A DNA stretch of 64,000 nucleotides from Eledone cirrhosa. Lineage: Eukaryota. A model generated the notes under the pieces. The model did no database searches, was not told the origin of the DNA, and worked only from the letters and a program-made list of their open reading frames with translations. Positions 13,612 to 26,772 of the stretch are shown here, one piece after another; the first letter of the stretch is position 1, and every line of letters starts with the position of its first letter. Where the stretch lies: contig OZ024740.1 in NCBI GenBank assembly GCA_964016885.1, positions 347,014,001 to 347,078,000 on the forward strand, in the 5' to 3' direction. The position numbers and the translations under genes were made by a program.

Positions 13612-14004
13612 TATAATAGTCTTCAAATAGGGAGTTGCTTGTGTATAGTGGCGTGGTGGCATTCACACTTGCTGGATTTGTATTAACTGTAATCAAAATT
13701 ATCTGTGTGAAGTAGGTTGGGCACTCCTCTATCTTGATCATTGTTTTAATGTTGGTAATAATAACATTTTCCAAGGAGAGTGGACACATTATATTTTAGA
13801 ACAAATGGATCTTATATGACGCAATATGCGATGTGTTGTCACATACACTACCAAAGTTGAAACTTAGTCTTATGGAAAACCAAACCATTTCACAATTTCT
13901 GAATCAGTGTATTGGAATTTAACGAGTGCTCTCACATATCTATTTAACAGTAATTTTCGTTTTCGACGAACCGTAATTTGCGTGGAAGTCTGTATTTAAC
14001 TATA

Positions 14005-14358
14005 TCTTCTTCTTCTTCTTCTTCTTCTTCTTCTTCTTCTTCTTCTTCTTCTTCTTCTTCTTCTTCTTCTTCTTCTTCTTCTTCTTCTTCTTCTTCTTCT
14101 TCTTCTTCTCCTTCTCCTCCTCCTCCTTCTTCTTCTTCTTCTTCTTCTTCTTCTTCTTNNNNNNNNNNNNNNNNNNNNNNNNNNNNNNNNNNNNNNNNNN
14201 NNNNNNNNNNNNNNNNNNNNNNNNNNNNNNNNNNNNNNNNNNNNNNNNNNNNNNNNNNNNNNNNNNNNNNNNNNNNNNNNNNNNNNNNNNNNNNNNNNNN
14301 NNNNNNNNNNNNNNNNNNNNNNNNNNNNNNNNNNNNNNNNNNNNNNNNNNNNNNNNNN
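14005..14358. other. (CTT)n microsatellite followed by a 200-N assembly gap (14159-14358)
   Basis: Direct observation. Confidence 0.98.
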
Positions 14359-14459
14359 CAATTCATTTCAAGCAATCAACGTACTTTTTCCACATAGGAG
14401 TGACGGAGTAAATATCGAATAAGGAATAGCGAAGTAGTTTCAGATGTTCAAGTCTTTTA

Positions 14460-14563
14460 ATAATTGTTTCTACTTTAGGCACAAGGCCAGCAAATAACCC
14501 AGTGCATTACTGGTACTTTATTTTATCGACCCCGTAAGGATGAAAGGCAAAGTCAACCTCGGC
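14460..14563 (-). mobile_element. SINE family A fragment inserted in a dispersed repeat
   Basis: Flanks 14429-14457 and 14570-14601 match the uninterrupted copy at 33160-33231. Confidence 0.8.
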
Positions 14564-15428
14564 TAATGCTGTGATATATATTTCAATGACGACACTGGCC
14601 ACACTGTTCTGTGTGTCAGTGTCGCGACATCGTCAGACAGCTTGTTAGATATTAAGGTTATGTTTCCGAGGCAATCCAAATTGAATCGACATGGGAACGG
14701 ACGAAGTGTGTGCTTTTGGTTTCTTCATGCGTTCCCCTGTGAGTCCCAATTCACCCCCACCGGTCTGCGCAGGCGCATGTCCGAAGGAAGTTGACCATTA
14801 GCTACTGCAGATTTCAACGAAATTCGCTTAGTCAGTTCCCCCTCTCAGCCAAACAATGACCCATTCAGGCCTGTACCATAGTTTACTGCTACCCATCCCG
14901 TCTGTGGCAGTCAGCCGAAAGCCAGAGGGGATGGGAGAGTGTTAGTATTTACAGGTGTCAATACTACCTCTCACCAAGCATGGACAGTAGAACTGACAAT
15001 CAACCCCTAAGAGAAAATATACTTATTTCTAGGTATCATGGTTTTACATTGGAAGTTATGAGTGAGTGTTGGAAATAAAAATTAAAATTTAAAATTGAGA
15101 ATCCTAAATCAAATATTAGAAATTATAAATTAAAAAAATTAAAAAATTAAAAAATTAACAATTAGAAATTTAAAAAAAAATGTTCAAGTGAGAATCCGGA
15201 TTGAGGTGAGTAAAAAACATAGATTGAAGTGAGTAAATAATATGCACAGAGATGTTTAAGTAAGAAGTTCTGAGAGGGGTTCCAATGTCACAGTTACACT
15301 ATCCACATATTGAACGATAGTGCCGTACATTAGAACGGAGGGTAAATCACAGTATTCAAGGCAGTCGTCAATCTAGTACATAGTCATAATTTCCATCACA
15401 TAGAACAAAACCAAAAAAAAACATATAT

Positions 15429-15460
<32 letters not shown>

Positions 15461-15462
15461 GG

Positions 15463-15573
15463 TTGGAATAGAATGAAACGAAATTTCATTTCTCACTCTT
15501 AGTACGGCACTTACTTAAATGTAAGTATGTATGTATACGTACATACATATATGTATACAGACGTACAGTAGCA

Positions 15574-15623
<50 letters not shown>

Positions 15624-15830
15624 CAGGTACACATATATATATGTACGTATCAGTTTAGCGGACGTTTATTATAACGCTCGCTTTGTCCGTTTGTAAACAA
15701 ACTGACAGCCTGATTTATGCCGTACGGTGTTAAGGCAACCACGTCACCTTTTTGTTCAACACTGACACAGGAACGATGTACTAGTTTCAAGCTTGTTAGC
15801 TATCGTCAGCACCGTATACCCTTCTGCCAG
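15463..15830 (-). mobile_element. (TA)n-flanked family H2 element with hammerhead
   Basis: Homologous to 4970-5252 and 37690-38040. Confidence 0.8.
15774..15814 (-). ncRNA. Type I hammerhead motif
   Basis: rc: cggtg CTGACGA t-agct-aaca-agct-t GAAA ctag TA catcg. Confidence 0.85.
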
Positions 15831-16209
15831 ATTTCTGAAATAGACGTCGAAACAGCTTGAGCTTTGCCGTCGGGGTCATACTTTTTCCTATTACCCACTC
15901 TACTATATATAAGTATTGGTGCTCTGAAATAGCGATGTATATATGAATGAATGTATAGTATATTTGATAATATACTGTATGTTTAATTAAATATATTTTG
16001 AAGACTATTCGCTATGAATTTTAAAGTAGTGACTGTGTGACTAACTTACTTTCGGCAAATTACTTATTTTCGGTGGATGGGTTTATAGGTGTCATCACGT
16101 TAAATGTATGTGTATTTGTATAACAAATTAATTTCAACAATTATAACATTTAATATATACGGCATTTCTTCCTTTGAATTATTATACCATGGTAGGCCTA
16201 ATTTAGAGT

Positions 16210-16284
<75 letters not shown>

Positions 16285-16326
16285 GATGATGATGATGAGA
16301 AGAAGAAGAAGAAGAAGAAGAAGAAG

Positions 16327-16357
<31 letters not shown>

Positions 16358-16814
16358 GTGATGATGAGTGTTATGATAATGATGATATGTGGGATGAAGT
16401 AGAAGTAAAAGAAAATGTTCCTTGTTTCGTGTCGTGTGCTGGAAACCTATTTCGGTAATTGCAATTGTCTCCCAATCATCAACGAGCACGAGATGGGTAG
16501 GGCAATAATCCCTGCCCTCAAGGCAGGCATTAAGTGTTTTTGTGGCTTTTGTATGTTCCTTTATCTATCATCTTCTCTATATTTGAGTATATTTCTTGTA
16601 TATTTATACATTTTTCATTTACTTTTATATTCGCTAAACTTAGCGACCAGAGATTTTAAAATAAACAAATCAATGTTAACACTCGAATAAAATATCTTTC
16701 GAGACGAGTCTGGTTGTTGTGTATTTCTTGTATTCTCTTATTTTTCCCCTATATATTATGAATATCATTATTATTATTACTATTATTATTATCATTATTT
16801 TTATTATAAATAAA

Positions 16815-16997
16815 CAATTGTTTCTACTTTTGGCAAAATAACACCAATTACCCCAGTGCATTACTGGTGCTTTATGTTATTGACCACGTAAGGATAAAAG
16901 CCAAAATTAACCTCGGCGGGATTTGAACTCAGATTATAAAGGGCCGCAACTTTATGCTGCAAAGCATGTTGTTCGATACTCTACCGACTCTGCCAAA
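16815..16997 (-). mobile_element. SINE family A (diverged)
   Basis: B-box and tail match the consensus. Confidence 0.8.
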
Positions 16998-17021
16998 ATG
17001 TGGTTAATAAAGAAAACATCA

Positions 17022-17770
17022 TATTATTATTATTATTATTATTATTCTTTGAGTCTCAGTCATTGATGTTAGTTAACTGGAAAGTTTGTTGAAATGAATA
17101 TCAAGCCACTACCTGCAGCCTCAGATATTCAGGACGTATCGGAGGGTTCTTGCTGTTCCCAGCAAGCATGCCTTTTGAAGTGTTCCAAAACGCGAGGTGG
17201 AGCCAATTTTCTTTAACCAACCCTGGAAACTCCTTGAGATAGTACCTAGTGCGCCTATGACAATCGGGACCACTTTGACTTCATGGCAGTTCCAAATCCT
17301 TTTTACCTCCACTTTAAGTCCTGGTATCGTTTAATTTCTCCCTCTCCTTCTCTTGCACTCTCGTGTCGAATGGGCAGGCTATATCTACAATCAGGCACGA
17401 TCTTTTTTTCTTGTCCAAAACCACCAGGTCAGGTCCATTGTGTTCCAGTTTCTTGTCCGTCCCACAGCACCTTCACCTGATCGTTTTCTATCACCGACTC
17501 TGGCTCATACCACTTCTCAGAATGTGGTAAATTGTTTAATTTGCATAGGTGCCAGTGGATGACCCTGCCCATCACATCATGTCTCCAGCCTTTATAGTGA
17601 GTCTGGGCTAGGTGTTTACACTCGGATACTATGTGTACCACAGTCTCCTCTCTCTCTCCACAGATCCTACACAGTGGGCTAGCCTCCTCCTTGTAAATAT
17701 GGCGTTTCACCCACTTCGTTTTGAGGGTCTGCTCTTGCGCAGCCATTAACATTCCTTCTGTAGCCATTTT
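17022..17770 (-). mobile_element. R4/Dong-type non-LTR retrotransposon 3' end (CCHC knuckle + restriction-like endonuclease), 5'-truncated, frameshifted
   Basis: AAQEQ.L.T...CRICGEREETVVHIVSEC...RHD...LWD / VVPIVIGALG...LQKACLLGTARTLR; 3' UTR ends in (TAA)n. Confidence 0.85.
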
Positions 17771-17791
17771 AACGCATTTTAACGCATTATT

Positions 17792-17908
17792 ATCCGAGGT
17801 TGACTTTGCCTTTCATCCTTACGGGGTCGATAAAATAAAGTACCAGTAATGCACTGGTTAATTACTGGCCTTGTGCCTAACGTAGAAACAATTATTATTA
17901 TTATTATT
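17792..17908 (+). mobile_element. SINE family A 3' half with (ATT)n tail
   Basis: ccgaggttgactttgcctttcatcc...agaaacaattattattattatt. Confidence 0.85.
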
Positions 17909-18135
17909 GACGCACATGTGTGAAGACAGTACAAATCTGCCGGGGGAAACATTCGTAACTTTCAGCTGTTTTAAAGTGTCATTTTTTGTATTTTCTTGTT
18001 GTTAACGAAACATAAGGTACACATCTTGGTTTCAAGAGAGGGATACCTCTCAAAATTCGGAGTTTAAGCCCGAATATTCAGATTTATTTTTTAAAAACTT
18101 CGAAAAAAATCGCTTCCCCACCAAAAAAAAAAAAT

Positions 18136-20157
18136 ATGGACATTTTCGACCTTGAAACGGTAAACAACGTTCAGGTCAAAAGTTTAAAAGCAGCCACTGT
18201 AGATTTCACCACGACTACGACGGCTACAGTCATGCATGTCGTCCACTCTACTGAATGTGAAGGTAAAACTCAAAAGCTACCATCACAACCTTCTGTGTTA
18301 GCAGTAGTATCATCTGAAAACGACATCACCACCACCGCCGCCGCCACCGCCACCACCGCCACCACCACCACCACAACAACAACAACTCAAAGCAGTAACG
18401 ACAATAACACCGACAGCTTCAATGCAAACACGGATGGCGGTGGCAACAGCATCAACAAACAAAACAACAACAACAACACCAATAAAAACAGCAAGAATGA
18501 CAACACCAACAACAAGAGCATCAGAAGCACCTCATTTGCTGCAGCAGCAGCAAAAACAAAGCGCTTATTGGATATTGATATTGATATTAGCGATGAAGAC
18601 GAACAGCTGGCCCATGCGTGGAGGCTAATTAAACGGGAGAAATCCTGGGCAAACCTAACCATCCCGGACGGGGCAATAGCGGCCATGCAAAGGAGGACGG
18701 TGTACTTTCGATGCATTTCGGTGCAGGCACGAAAAGTGGAACTTGCCAGCCAAGCAGAGGTCGAAGCTGCTTTGGAGTACATCGGAAGTAACATAGAGTA
18801 TAAAGCAAGAGGCAAACAATTCGGTACCATCTCGGTACTGTTAAAAAATGAGGCCCTCGCTATTAAGCACTCGGTGAACCCCTGCAGAACGGAACCCATT
18901 ATCATGCATCTATCCTACATGAGTAAAAGGACAGTAAAGGTCCGCATTCCCAGCATCCCACCAGGAATGAACATATGGTGGCTGCTGGGATGCGTAATCG
19001 AGGAGGGGACAGACACTACTCTCCTGGATATCAAAAGGACAGAGAGAGAGGACTTGTCCGGAATGGATTTGGAGATTCTTCTCCAAATGAAACCGGAGGA
19101 CATGAACAACATCCCGGATTTTGCCCGCCTGCAGGACGGGACAACGATCCAACTAATCACTCACGAGAGAAGACCACGCTGCTTCGTCTGCGGGGAAGCA
19201 ACGCATCTGCAAGCATTCTGTCCTCAGCGCAAAAATGCAGGGGGTCGCAAACCTCCTTTGTTGCCAACGCCAGTGTCAGCACGGAGAGCTGCACCACCAC
19301 CACCACCACCAAAAACAACACCAACAAAGACACGGACACCAACATCAAAAACAGCCGGATCACCACCAAAACCAACACCAATCCAAGGCGAAAAACTAGG
19401 AAAACTCTCCCACTACCCATACCCACCCCCAATTATACACATAGACAAAACAATAAACGCACACACAGACACAGAGACACTAACAGCCACAGATCCTTTG
19501 TCTTCCAGCAACGAAGCAGAAGAAAAACTCAAAAGTCTAAAAAAAAAACAGAGAAAACTCACCCCAAAAAAGCCCCTACAAAACACAAAAACATACACAT
19601 CAGAAAATAAAGACACCACTAACGCAAACACTTCCCCAATAACATCAGCACCAACAGCAACATTGACACCCCCCATCCCACAATCCCCGAAACGCAAACA
19701 ACCTAAACAAACACAAGTACAAATAAACACACAAATACCTGAAATTGCAGACACCACACCTACAACAAACACAGACATACCCGAAACAACACCACAAAAA
19801 CCATCACCACCACAGTCACCAAAACGAAAACAAATAAAACCACACCAGCAAAATGTTAAAAACTTCCTGCTTGTCAGAAGGGCCAACGATAAACTGATGG
19901 CCCTCTTAGCACGAAGCGAGGACATTCAAACAGAGGAGGTGATTTTTGAAATGAGCACATTTTGCTTGCCAGAAGATTTGCTTCTGGTCCGAATGTCACT
20001 CAATTCCTTCAAAGAAATTCGAGAGAGCTTTCCTCAAGACGTGAGAACCCCGAATGAAAAACCCACATCGAGACTTTTAAAGGGGTTCCCAAATGAAACC
20101 CCACCAACCATGGAGGTAAAACCCCCCGACCTTCACAAGACTCCGAGAGGTAAGTAA
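18136..20157 (+). CDS. LINE ORF1 protein (gag-like, CCHC zinc knuckle), uninterrupted 673 aa
   Basis: CFVCGEATHLQAFC knuckle preceded by an RRM-like region (TVKVRIPSIPP); Pro/Thr/Lys-rich C-terminus; ends 31 nt before the ORF2 ATG. Confidence 0.85.
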   Translation: MDIFDLETVNNVQVKSLKAATVDFTTTTTATVMHVVHSTECEGKTQKLPSQPSVLAVVSSENDITTTAAATATTATTTTTTTTTQSSNDNNTDSFNANTDGGGNSINKQNNNNNTNKNSKNDNTNNKSIRSTSFAAAAAKTKRLLDIDIDISDEDEQLAHAWRLIKREKSWANLTIPDGAIAAMQRRTVYFRCISVQARKVELASQAEVEAALEYIGSNIEYKARGKQFGTISVLLKNEALAIKHSVNPCRTEPIIMHLSYMSKRTVKVRIPSIPPGMNIWWLLGCVIEEGTDTTLLDIKRTEREDLSGMDLEILLQMKPEDMNNIPDFARLQDGTTIQLITHERRPRCFVCGEATHLQAFCPQRKNAGGRKPPLLPTPVSARRAAPPPPPPKTTPTKTRTPTSKTAGSPPKPTPIQGEKLGKLSHYPYPPPIIHIDKTINAHTDTETLTATDPLSSSNEAEEKLKSLKKKQRKLTPKKPLQNTKTYTSENKDTTNANTSPITSAPTATLTPPIPQSPKRKQPKQTQVQINTQIPEIADTTPTTNTDIPETTPQKPSPPQSPKRKQIKPHQQNVKNFLLVRRANDKLMALLARSEDIQTEEVIFEMSTFCLPEDLLLVRMSLNSFKEIRESFPQDVRTPNEKPTSRLLKGFPNETPPTMEVKPPDLHKTPRGK

Positions 20158-20188
20158 ACCTTCCCTCTCTCTCTCTTAGCTTACCAAC

Positions 20189-23100
20189 ATGGCCATATTA
20201 AAAGTAGGAAGTTTAAATGTTTGCGGCCTGGGGTCACCCTGGAAGAAGGGTCGCCTGCTCAACGACCTCAGGTCGCTGGAAATGGATGTGATTGCCGTCA
20301 GCGAGACCATAATTTCCAACACGCGCGCACTAGCCCTCATTTTCGACGACTATCAGATCTTCCCATCTGTTAGCAGGCCGGGAATCGAGGGTGGGGTGGC
20401 AGTGCTGTTTAGGAAAGGACTATATCTCGAGGTAAAGTCGATCTTCCGGGACCCAGACGGTAAGTTGGTGGCCTTGAATGTGGGCAGTAGCCAAGGTGGT
20501 GCCTTTATACTGCCGGCTGTCTACGGCCCTACAGGGGCCGGACGACCGGACTTCTTTAGGCGCCTGGAGACCTTTCTGGGTACGTCTCGCCCTTTACTGT
20601 TAGCGGGGGACTGGAATGGCATCTTAGGCGCACGGTGGGATTGTGTGGGAGTAGCCGATAGGAGCGGGGGTGCAACAGCCTCAAGCACCTACTCAGCCAG
20701 TTCCAACTGTCTGACAGGTATCGACTAGATTTCCCCAATGTGCCAGTATTGACATGGACCTACCGAATGGGTCATCTAGATCGTATATAGACATGATCTT
20801 CATTAGGAAAATAGATAGAAATAGTGTAGGCTGCCCACTTTTTAAAACGGTCGCCTATTCAGATCACAAATTTGTGATCTGTACGGTCTACCTAGATAAA
20901 ACGCGTAGGTTAGGACCGGGTTACTGGGAGCTGAACATGTCATTTCCGGCACGTAAGGCTTACAGGGACCGAGTCAACAATTTAGTTAAGCAAAAGTTGA
21001 CAGGGGGGATCATCAACAACAGATGGTGGGGGGCTCTCAAAAGAAAGATTAGAGTAACTTCGATAGATTTCAGCCAAGAACTAGCGTTAGAGAAAAATAG
21101 AAAGGAGGGGGAGCTGGTAGATAAGTTAGATGAGGCTATTTGTAGTGGCATTGCAACTGACGTGCTAGCGGCGAGAATGGCATTAGACCATTTCTTCAAT
21201 GCGAAACACGAAGGTTGCATTGTCAGAGCTAAGGCGCGTGCGTTGAGAAACGAGGGAACCAAAGCTGTTCGATGGGCCCGCGTAATAAAACCACAATTCG
21301 GTCTTTGGCGAACCTTGACGGACACGAGATAAGCGATTACAAGCGGATGTGTGAGGCCTTTGGACAGCACATTGCTCGGTTGTTCGGGGAGAGTGGCGAG
21401 TCAGAGAGAGTAGCGGATTTCAGTCCCTACCTTGACGGCTTGCTGCGCATCTCGACGGTCGACGCTGAGCGCTGCGAAAGGCGGATTACTTCAGCCGAAA
21501 TTCAGGACGCCCTTCTCGGCTGCATGAGACGCAAGTCACCCGGTTTGGATGGCCTGCCCTACGAGCTTTACGTAAATATACCAGACTTGTTCTCGGATCT
21601 CCTCGAGGCACTCTACTGCAACTGGCAGCAGAATGGGAGTATTTAAGTTCTGTGAGCAGGGAGTGGTGACGCTGATGAGGAAAGACGAGAACAAGAGTGA
21701 TACATTAGACAACTTCAGGCCCATAACTCTGCTCAACTAGGAGTTTACGATTTTGTCCAAGCTTAGCAAAGAGGTTGGCGCTTGTCGTCGAGGATTTGGT
21801 TGGGGAGGCGCAAACTTGCGCAATCACAGCCAGGTCCATACACGACAATCTCCACCTCATGCGATACATCATAGAGAGGGTAGGGTGTAAAACTGGCTTC
21901 GGTGGGGCACTGATCAATTTTGATCAATCGAAAGCATTCGATAGGGTCGACCATCGTTATCTGGAGTTTGTCCTCAAAGCAACTGACTTCAGCCCTGTCT
22001 TCAGAAGCTGGATCGCTGCAATGCACAGCGGCACACGCTCGGTGGTCGAGGTTAATGGACACCTTAGGAACCATTTCGGCTCTCCCGATCAGTCCGTCAA
22101 GGGTTCCCTCTCTCTTCCCTTCTGTACGTATTAACCATCGAGCCTTTACTGCGGAAGCTGGAGCTGTTGCAGGGCATCCCGTTCGAACCGGGACGTGGAA
22201 AGGTGGTGTCGGCTTATGCGGACGACATCACCGTGATTGTGTCGAACACTTCAGAAATCGAGGTGGTCGGCACTTTATTGAAGGAATATGAAAGGGTGAC
22301 AGGAGCCAAACTTAACCCGGAAAAGTCAGTGGGCTTGCAGCTCGGAATCTAGAGAGGCAAGCCCATGCCGTCCAACAGCGTCGTGGGGCGCTGGACAGAC
22401 GGACCGGTAAAGTTGCTCGGGGTTTGGTTCGGACCAGACCTCCAGGTGGAAAAGAATTGGGACGAGGTAACGAGCAGAGTAGCCAGTCTCACCCAAACAT
22501 GGCCTGGGAGGAAGCTATCACTGAAAGGTCGCGCGGAGGTCGCGAATGCCTACATTGCGTCCGTCATCTACTACCGCCTGACCGTCGTGCCTTGCCCCCG
22601 TCCGCGCCTCTTCAGTTGGAACGGCGCCTCTTCAAATTCTTGTGGAGGGGACAAGTTCCTTTGGTGAGGCGGTCCATCTGCTGGCAGCATCCTCTATGCG
22701 GAGGGCTGGGCATGCCGTATCTAATGATGCGCAGACATGCGTTGAGGCTGCGACATCTCCAGATATTCTGCCTCAACCGTGAACAGGTGTGGTTGCCGTT
22801 CATTGGACGGGCCTTTCCGCAGCTCATTTCTTTGACTGAGCTGCACTCCTGGGTCAAGAAGTGACCGAGACTGGGTGACTGGCACCTGGAATGTTGCCAG
22901 GCACTCACTGCTCTCTACCAAGCGGGCAATACGATCAGTGAAACTTCCACTCTCCAGTTCTATAGAGGATTACTGTGGGCAAGTGCGATGACGCACTCGG
23001 AGAAGCTTTGGGCCTCGACGAAGTCGAACTGACCAGTCTGTACCGGAGGACTTTCGAGCCGGGGACGATGGACAATTGCCAGACATCCCTCGCTTGGCAG

Positions 23101-23583
23101 TGCTACCGGGTGGCACTGCCGGTTCGGGATAAACTCTACAGGCACAGAAGTGCTGTCCGACGGACCTGCCCAAGATGCGCACAGAACGACGAAACCATTC
23201 TGCACGCACTTTTCCAATGTCCGTGCATTACTGACTTGTGGAGTTATGACGAACAGCTACTGTCGCGTGTGGAACGAATCCGGCTATCGGCCGAGTCCAT
23301 AGTGAAGATCGACCCGCCGCCTTCCTTAGTTTAGGAAGAACAGGAAATTTTCCTCTGTCTGGTGGCCGTTGCGAAAGAGGTTATGTGGTGGACCAGGTTA
23401 AAAGGACTGAAGACTGACACTTTTCTCTTCGGCTAATCCCTCATCAACTTCTTCAAGTTTCACCTGGAAAGGAAGGTGAAGGTGGAGAGAGAAGTGCTGC
23501 CCCCCAGTACATTTGCTAAAATGTGGATGAATGTGGCGAGAATGGCTCGTGTGATTGGGCCTACTCTGACCATGCGCCTATAG
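20189..23583 (+). pseudogene. LINE ORF2 (APE endonuclease + RT + Zn finger), several frameshifts and stops
   Basis: GSLNVCGL, VSET, LAGDWN, SYID, YSDHK (APE); KSPGLDGLP, FRPITLLN, DQSKAFDRVDH, AYADDI, KLLGVWFG (RT); CPRCAQNDETILHALFQC. Confidence 0.93.
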
Positions 23584-23884
23584 GCTAGCTAACTTGGTGC
23601 CCTAGGTGCCCTGGGTGCCCTAGAAGCGCAGGGTGGTTCAGGATTGGTGGGGTACCCGAGTCACCCCAGGGTCGTCCTTCCCCTATCGGCGAATTTATTT
23701 TATTATATTTATGCATAGTTTATTTGATATTGTTATATCTTCATTGTTAAATTAGTCTTGCCATTGCGCACTTTTACTCGACCTTATTGTAAACCCCCAC
23801 TGTCCCTGTCTTTGTATTGTCCCTACATGTCGGCCCTTGTGGCTAATAAATGAAATCTGTATTATTTTTATTATTATTATTATG

Positions 23885-23937
<53 letters not shown>

Positions 23938-24224
23938 TGCTTTGCAGCATAGAGGCGTGGCCCTTTACACTCTGAGTTCATATTGTGTCGAGTTTAGCTT
24001 TGCGCTTTCATCCTCACAGTGTCGATAAATTGCAGCAATAGCAGCAACAATGACAATGACGACAATAGCCACATCAACAACAGCAACACCAAGGGCAACA
24101 CTCTTTAATAGCACATGTACATCAACTGCTGCGGAAGCTATGGAATTGTTCTATTTATACTTCAGCTGGAGACTAAAATCTGTCTCTTATAACAGTCTGC
24201 CATGGAGTATAAATAATTTTGCTC

Positions 24225-24675
24225 TGATGATTACAACAAAAGAGGTTGTGTTGTGGACGCTGGTGATAGTACTGAAAAAGACACATTCCTTTTCGATCAA
24301 GCCCACATGAAACTTTCTAATTTCCAATTGGAAAGGACGGTGAGGGTGGAGAGGGAAGTGCTGCCTCCCAGTACTTTTGTTAAAAGGTGAGTGAATGTAG
24401 CGATGATGATCCGAATGAATTGGCCGTCTCTGTTCACACGCTTATAGGGTGAAGAGAGGTTGTTATTTATGATGCTCTTAGCGACTAGGTTCGTTCCGGA
24501 TCTCTTGGACTACTAAAATACCTTTGGGTGATATTCCAACATGCTTTGAATTTCTGTGGTAAATTGTTCCATTTTTTTTTATAGTGGATTTTCCTTTTAC
24601 ACGCATTTATGTAAATCCCAAGTGTCCCTATCTTTCTATTGTCCTATATGTTTCGAACCTTGTGGCCTATAAAAT
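24225..24675 (+). mobile_element. Older diverged Tx1/L1 3' fragment
   Basis: aaagaggttgtgttgtggac...ggaaaggacggtgagggtggagagggaagtgctgcctcccagtac...ccttgtggcctataaaa parallels 23370-23850. Confidence 0.75.
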
Positions 24676-25481
24676 ATATAACAATGGTTTCTGATTTAGG
24701 CACAAGACCAACAACTTTGAGGAAAGGGTAATAACTGGTGATTTGTTCTGTCGACCCCGTTAAGATGAAAGACGAACTAACCTCGGCGGAATTTGAATGG
24801 AAAAAATTACAATTGTTGTTGTTGCTGTTATTATTATCATTATTATTGTAGTTGTTGTCGTTGCTGTTGTTGCTGTTTATATCGTTGGCGTATATATTAT
24901 GTTTTTTAACTCGTAAAATGAAAAAGAAAAACAATCAAGATATCACGTCTGTCTATAAATAGAGTGTAATCATTTCTTCTGGATACGGAACTTTGTAAGA
25001 TTCCTCAAATAGGACCGTCTTCCATCAATAATAATAGGATAATAATGGTTAAACAACGACTGCAAAAGCAACGCTAATAAAGAAGCCAACAATTGAGACG
25101 ATGACGACGCCGACAGCCTGAGACGACAACAAAGACGATGATGAGGCTAAGATCTTCATCATGATGGTGGTGGTGGTGGTGCTCTTGTTTCTGATGATGA
25201 TGGTGATAAAGATGACAATGGCGATGATGATGATGATATTGATTGTAATCAGATGAATGCTAACGATTTTGCATGTTGCCAGAAAGTTATTATTTTGCTT
25301 GAGTAATTAAAGTAGATTGAAAGTTTCCCTACATCACTTGTACGTGTGTTATACTAAGTGTACAACAGAAAATTATTATGGTTTCCAACATAAAGTATGT
25401 GAAAACGAAGTTTACTGATGTATGTATATATATATGAAATGTATTTGTTTCTGTATGTCTGTGTGTAGGTGTATGCCTGTT

Positions 25482-25551
<70 letters not shown>

Positions 25552-25735
25552 CATATTGTTACTTGGGGAGGGTCATATTGTTGTAATAATATTGCCAGAA
25601 ATAATAACAGAACACACTCACTATTTGGTTTGGGTTGGTTTTCGCTTCAGTATCTTTTATATCTCCACAGTTAATTCATTTGGTCCTCAATGTTTATCAT
25701 TGTCTGACCAACGGTCAAAAATACACATATAATAT
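25552..25735. repeat. (TA)n-flanked dispersed repeat (family with 47508-48470 and 58470-58690)
   Basis: attgttacttggggagggtcatattgttgtaataatattgccagaaataataac...; reverse-complement copy at 58400-58645. Confidence 0.7.
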
Positions 25736-26585
25736 AGATATAAACACATATATATAGTCTAACAAAGTTCTTTCGTTGCACATCTGCAACATCATCAATG
25801 GTACTACTATGTTCCTCCTGTTGTATTGTATATCTACGCCATTTTTATTTTATCTGTTTATTGTCGACAAAATACTTTGCTGTGTTTATTTATGTTCTGA
25901 GTTCAAATCCATCCAATATCTGGTTTGCATTTCAAAATTCTGATGCCGATATCAGTGCCAGAAAACTACTGGGGCAAGTTTTTTCGACGTTCTTCTTGTC
26001 CTAAAATTACTAATTTTGTGCCTGACGTAAAAATCATTATTATCATATCTACCTATCAGAACATCTTTATCCTCTCATTCATTAAACCCGCTAGCATTGG
26101 TTCCAAGGGACCAGAGATATCGCCGTCAGTGTGCTAAAGCCTAGTGGTGAATAAATCCCCGATTTATTAAACTCATAGTGTGGCTACAAAATGTTAATTT
26201 TCATGGACATTTCATGTTTGATTCAATAGACAACCCAGTCAAGTATATATAGAGAGAATGGTTAGAGCGTCAGTTGAGAAGCCTTGCAATATTTACTCCC
26301 GGTTTCTGATTTACGTTTAAATGATGATGGGCCCTACTTTGGTAGTATATTTAAGCCAGCACCTAGTTTAATCTTGTCACGTAGGATTCTTTCTGTTTGA
26401 CGTATTGGGACAACTTCTCCTGTTTGACGACATCTTCCTATCTCTCATCTACCAATCTCATTGGCTCTAGACAGAGGCATGCTCAACAACTTGCCCACTT
26501 CCATGACTAAACAGTAAATAGAAATTCTCTAAGGTTGTTGGTATTGTTCACCGATTTGAATATTCGTGGAGCCATTATATAATTT

Positions 26586-26772
26586 GGGCGGTAGATTGGC
26601 AGTATCGGTAGAGGGTCGGACGCCATGCTTTCCAGCATAGTTACTTCCCTTTACGATCTGAGTTCAAATCCCGCCGAGGTTGACTTTGCCTTTCATCCTA
26701 ACGGGGTCGATAAAATAAAGTACCAGTAATGCACTGGGTAATTGCTGGCCTTGTGCCTAAAGTAGAAACAAT
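26586..26772 (+). mobile_element. SINE family A with TSD
   Basis: Full length; attatataattt on both sides. Confidence 0.92.

Larger units (their letters stand above)
17909..23860 (+). mobile_element. Near full-length Tx1/L1-clade LINE
   Basis: 5' UTR, ORF1, ORF2 (APE-RT-CCHC), AATAAA at 23845, flanked on both sides by (ATT)n. Confidence 0.92.

Noticed and set aside
18387-19925. Antisense and alternative-frame ORFs within LINE ORF1
   Set aside because: Shadow frames caused by A/C-rich low-complexity codons
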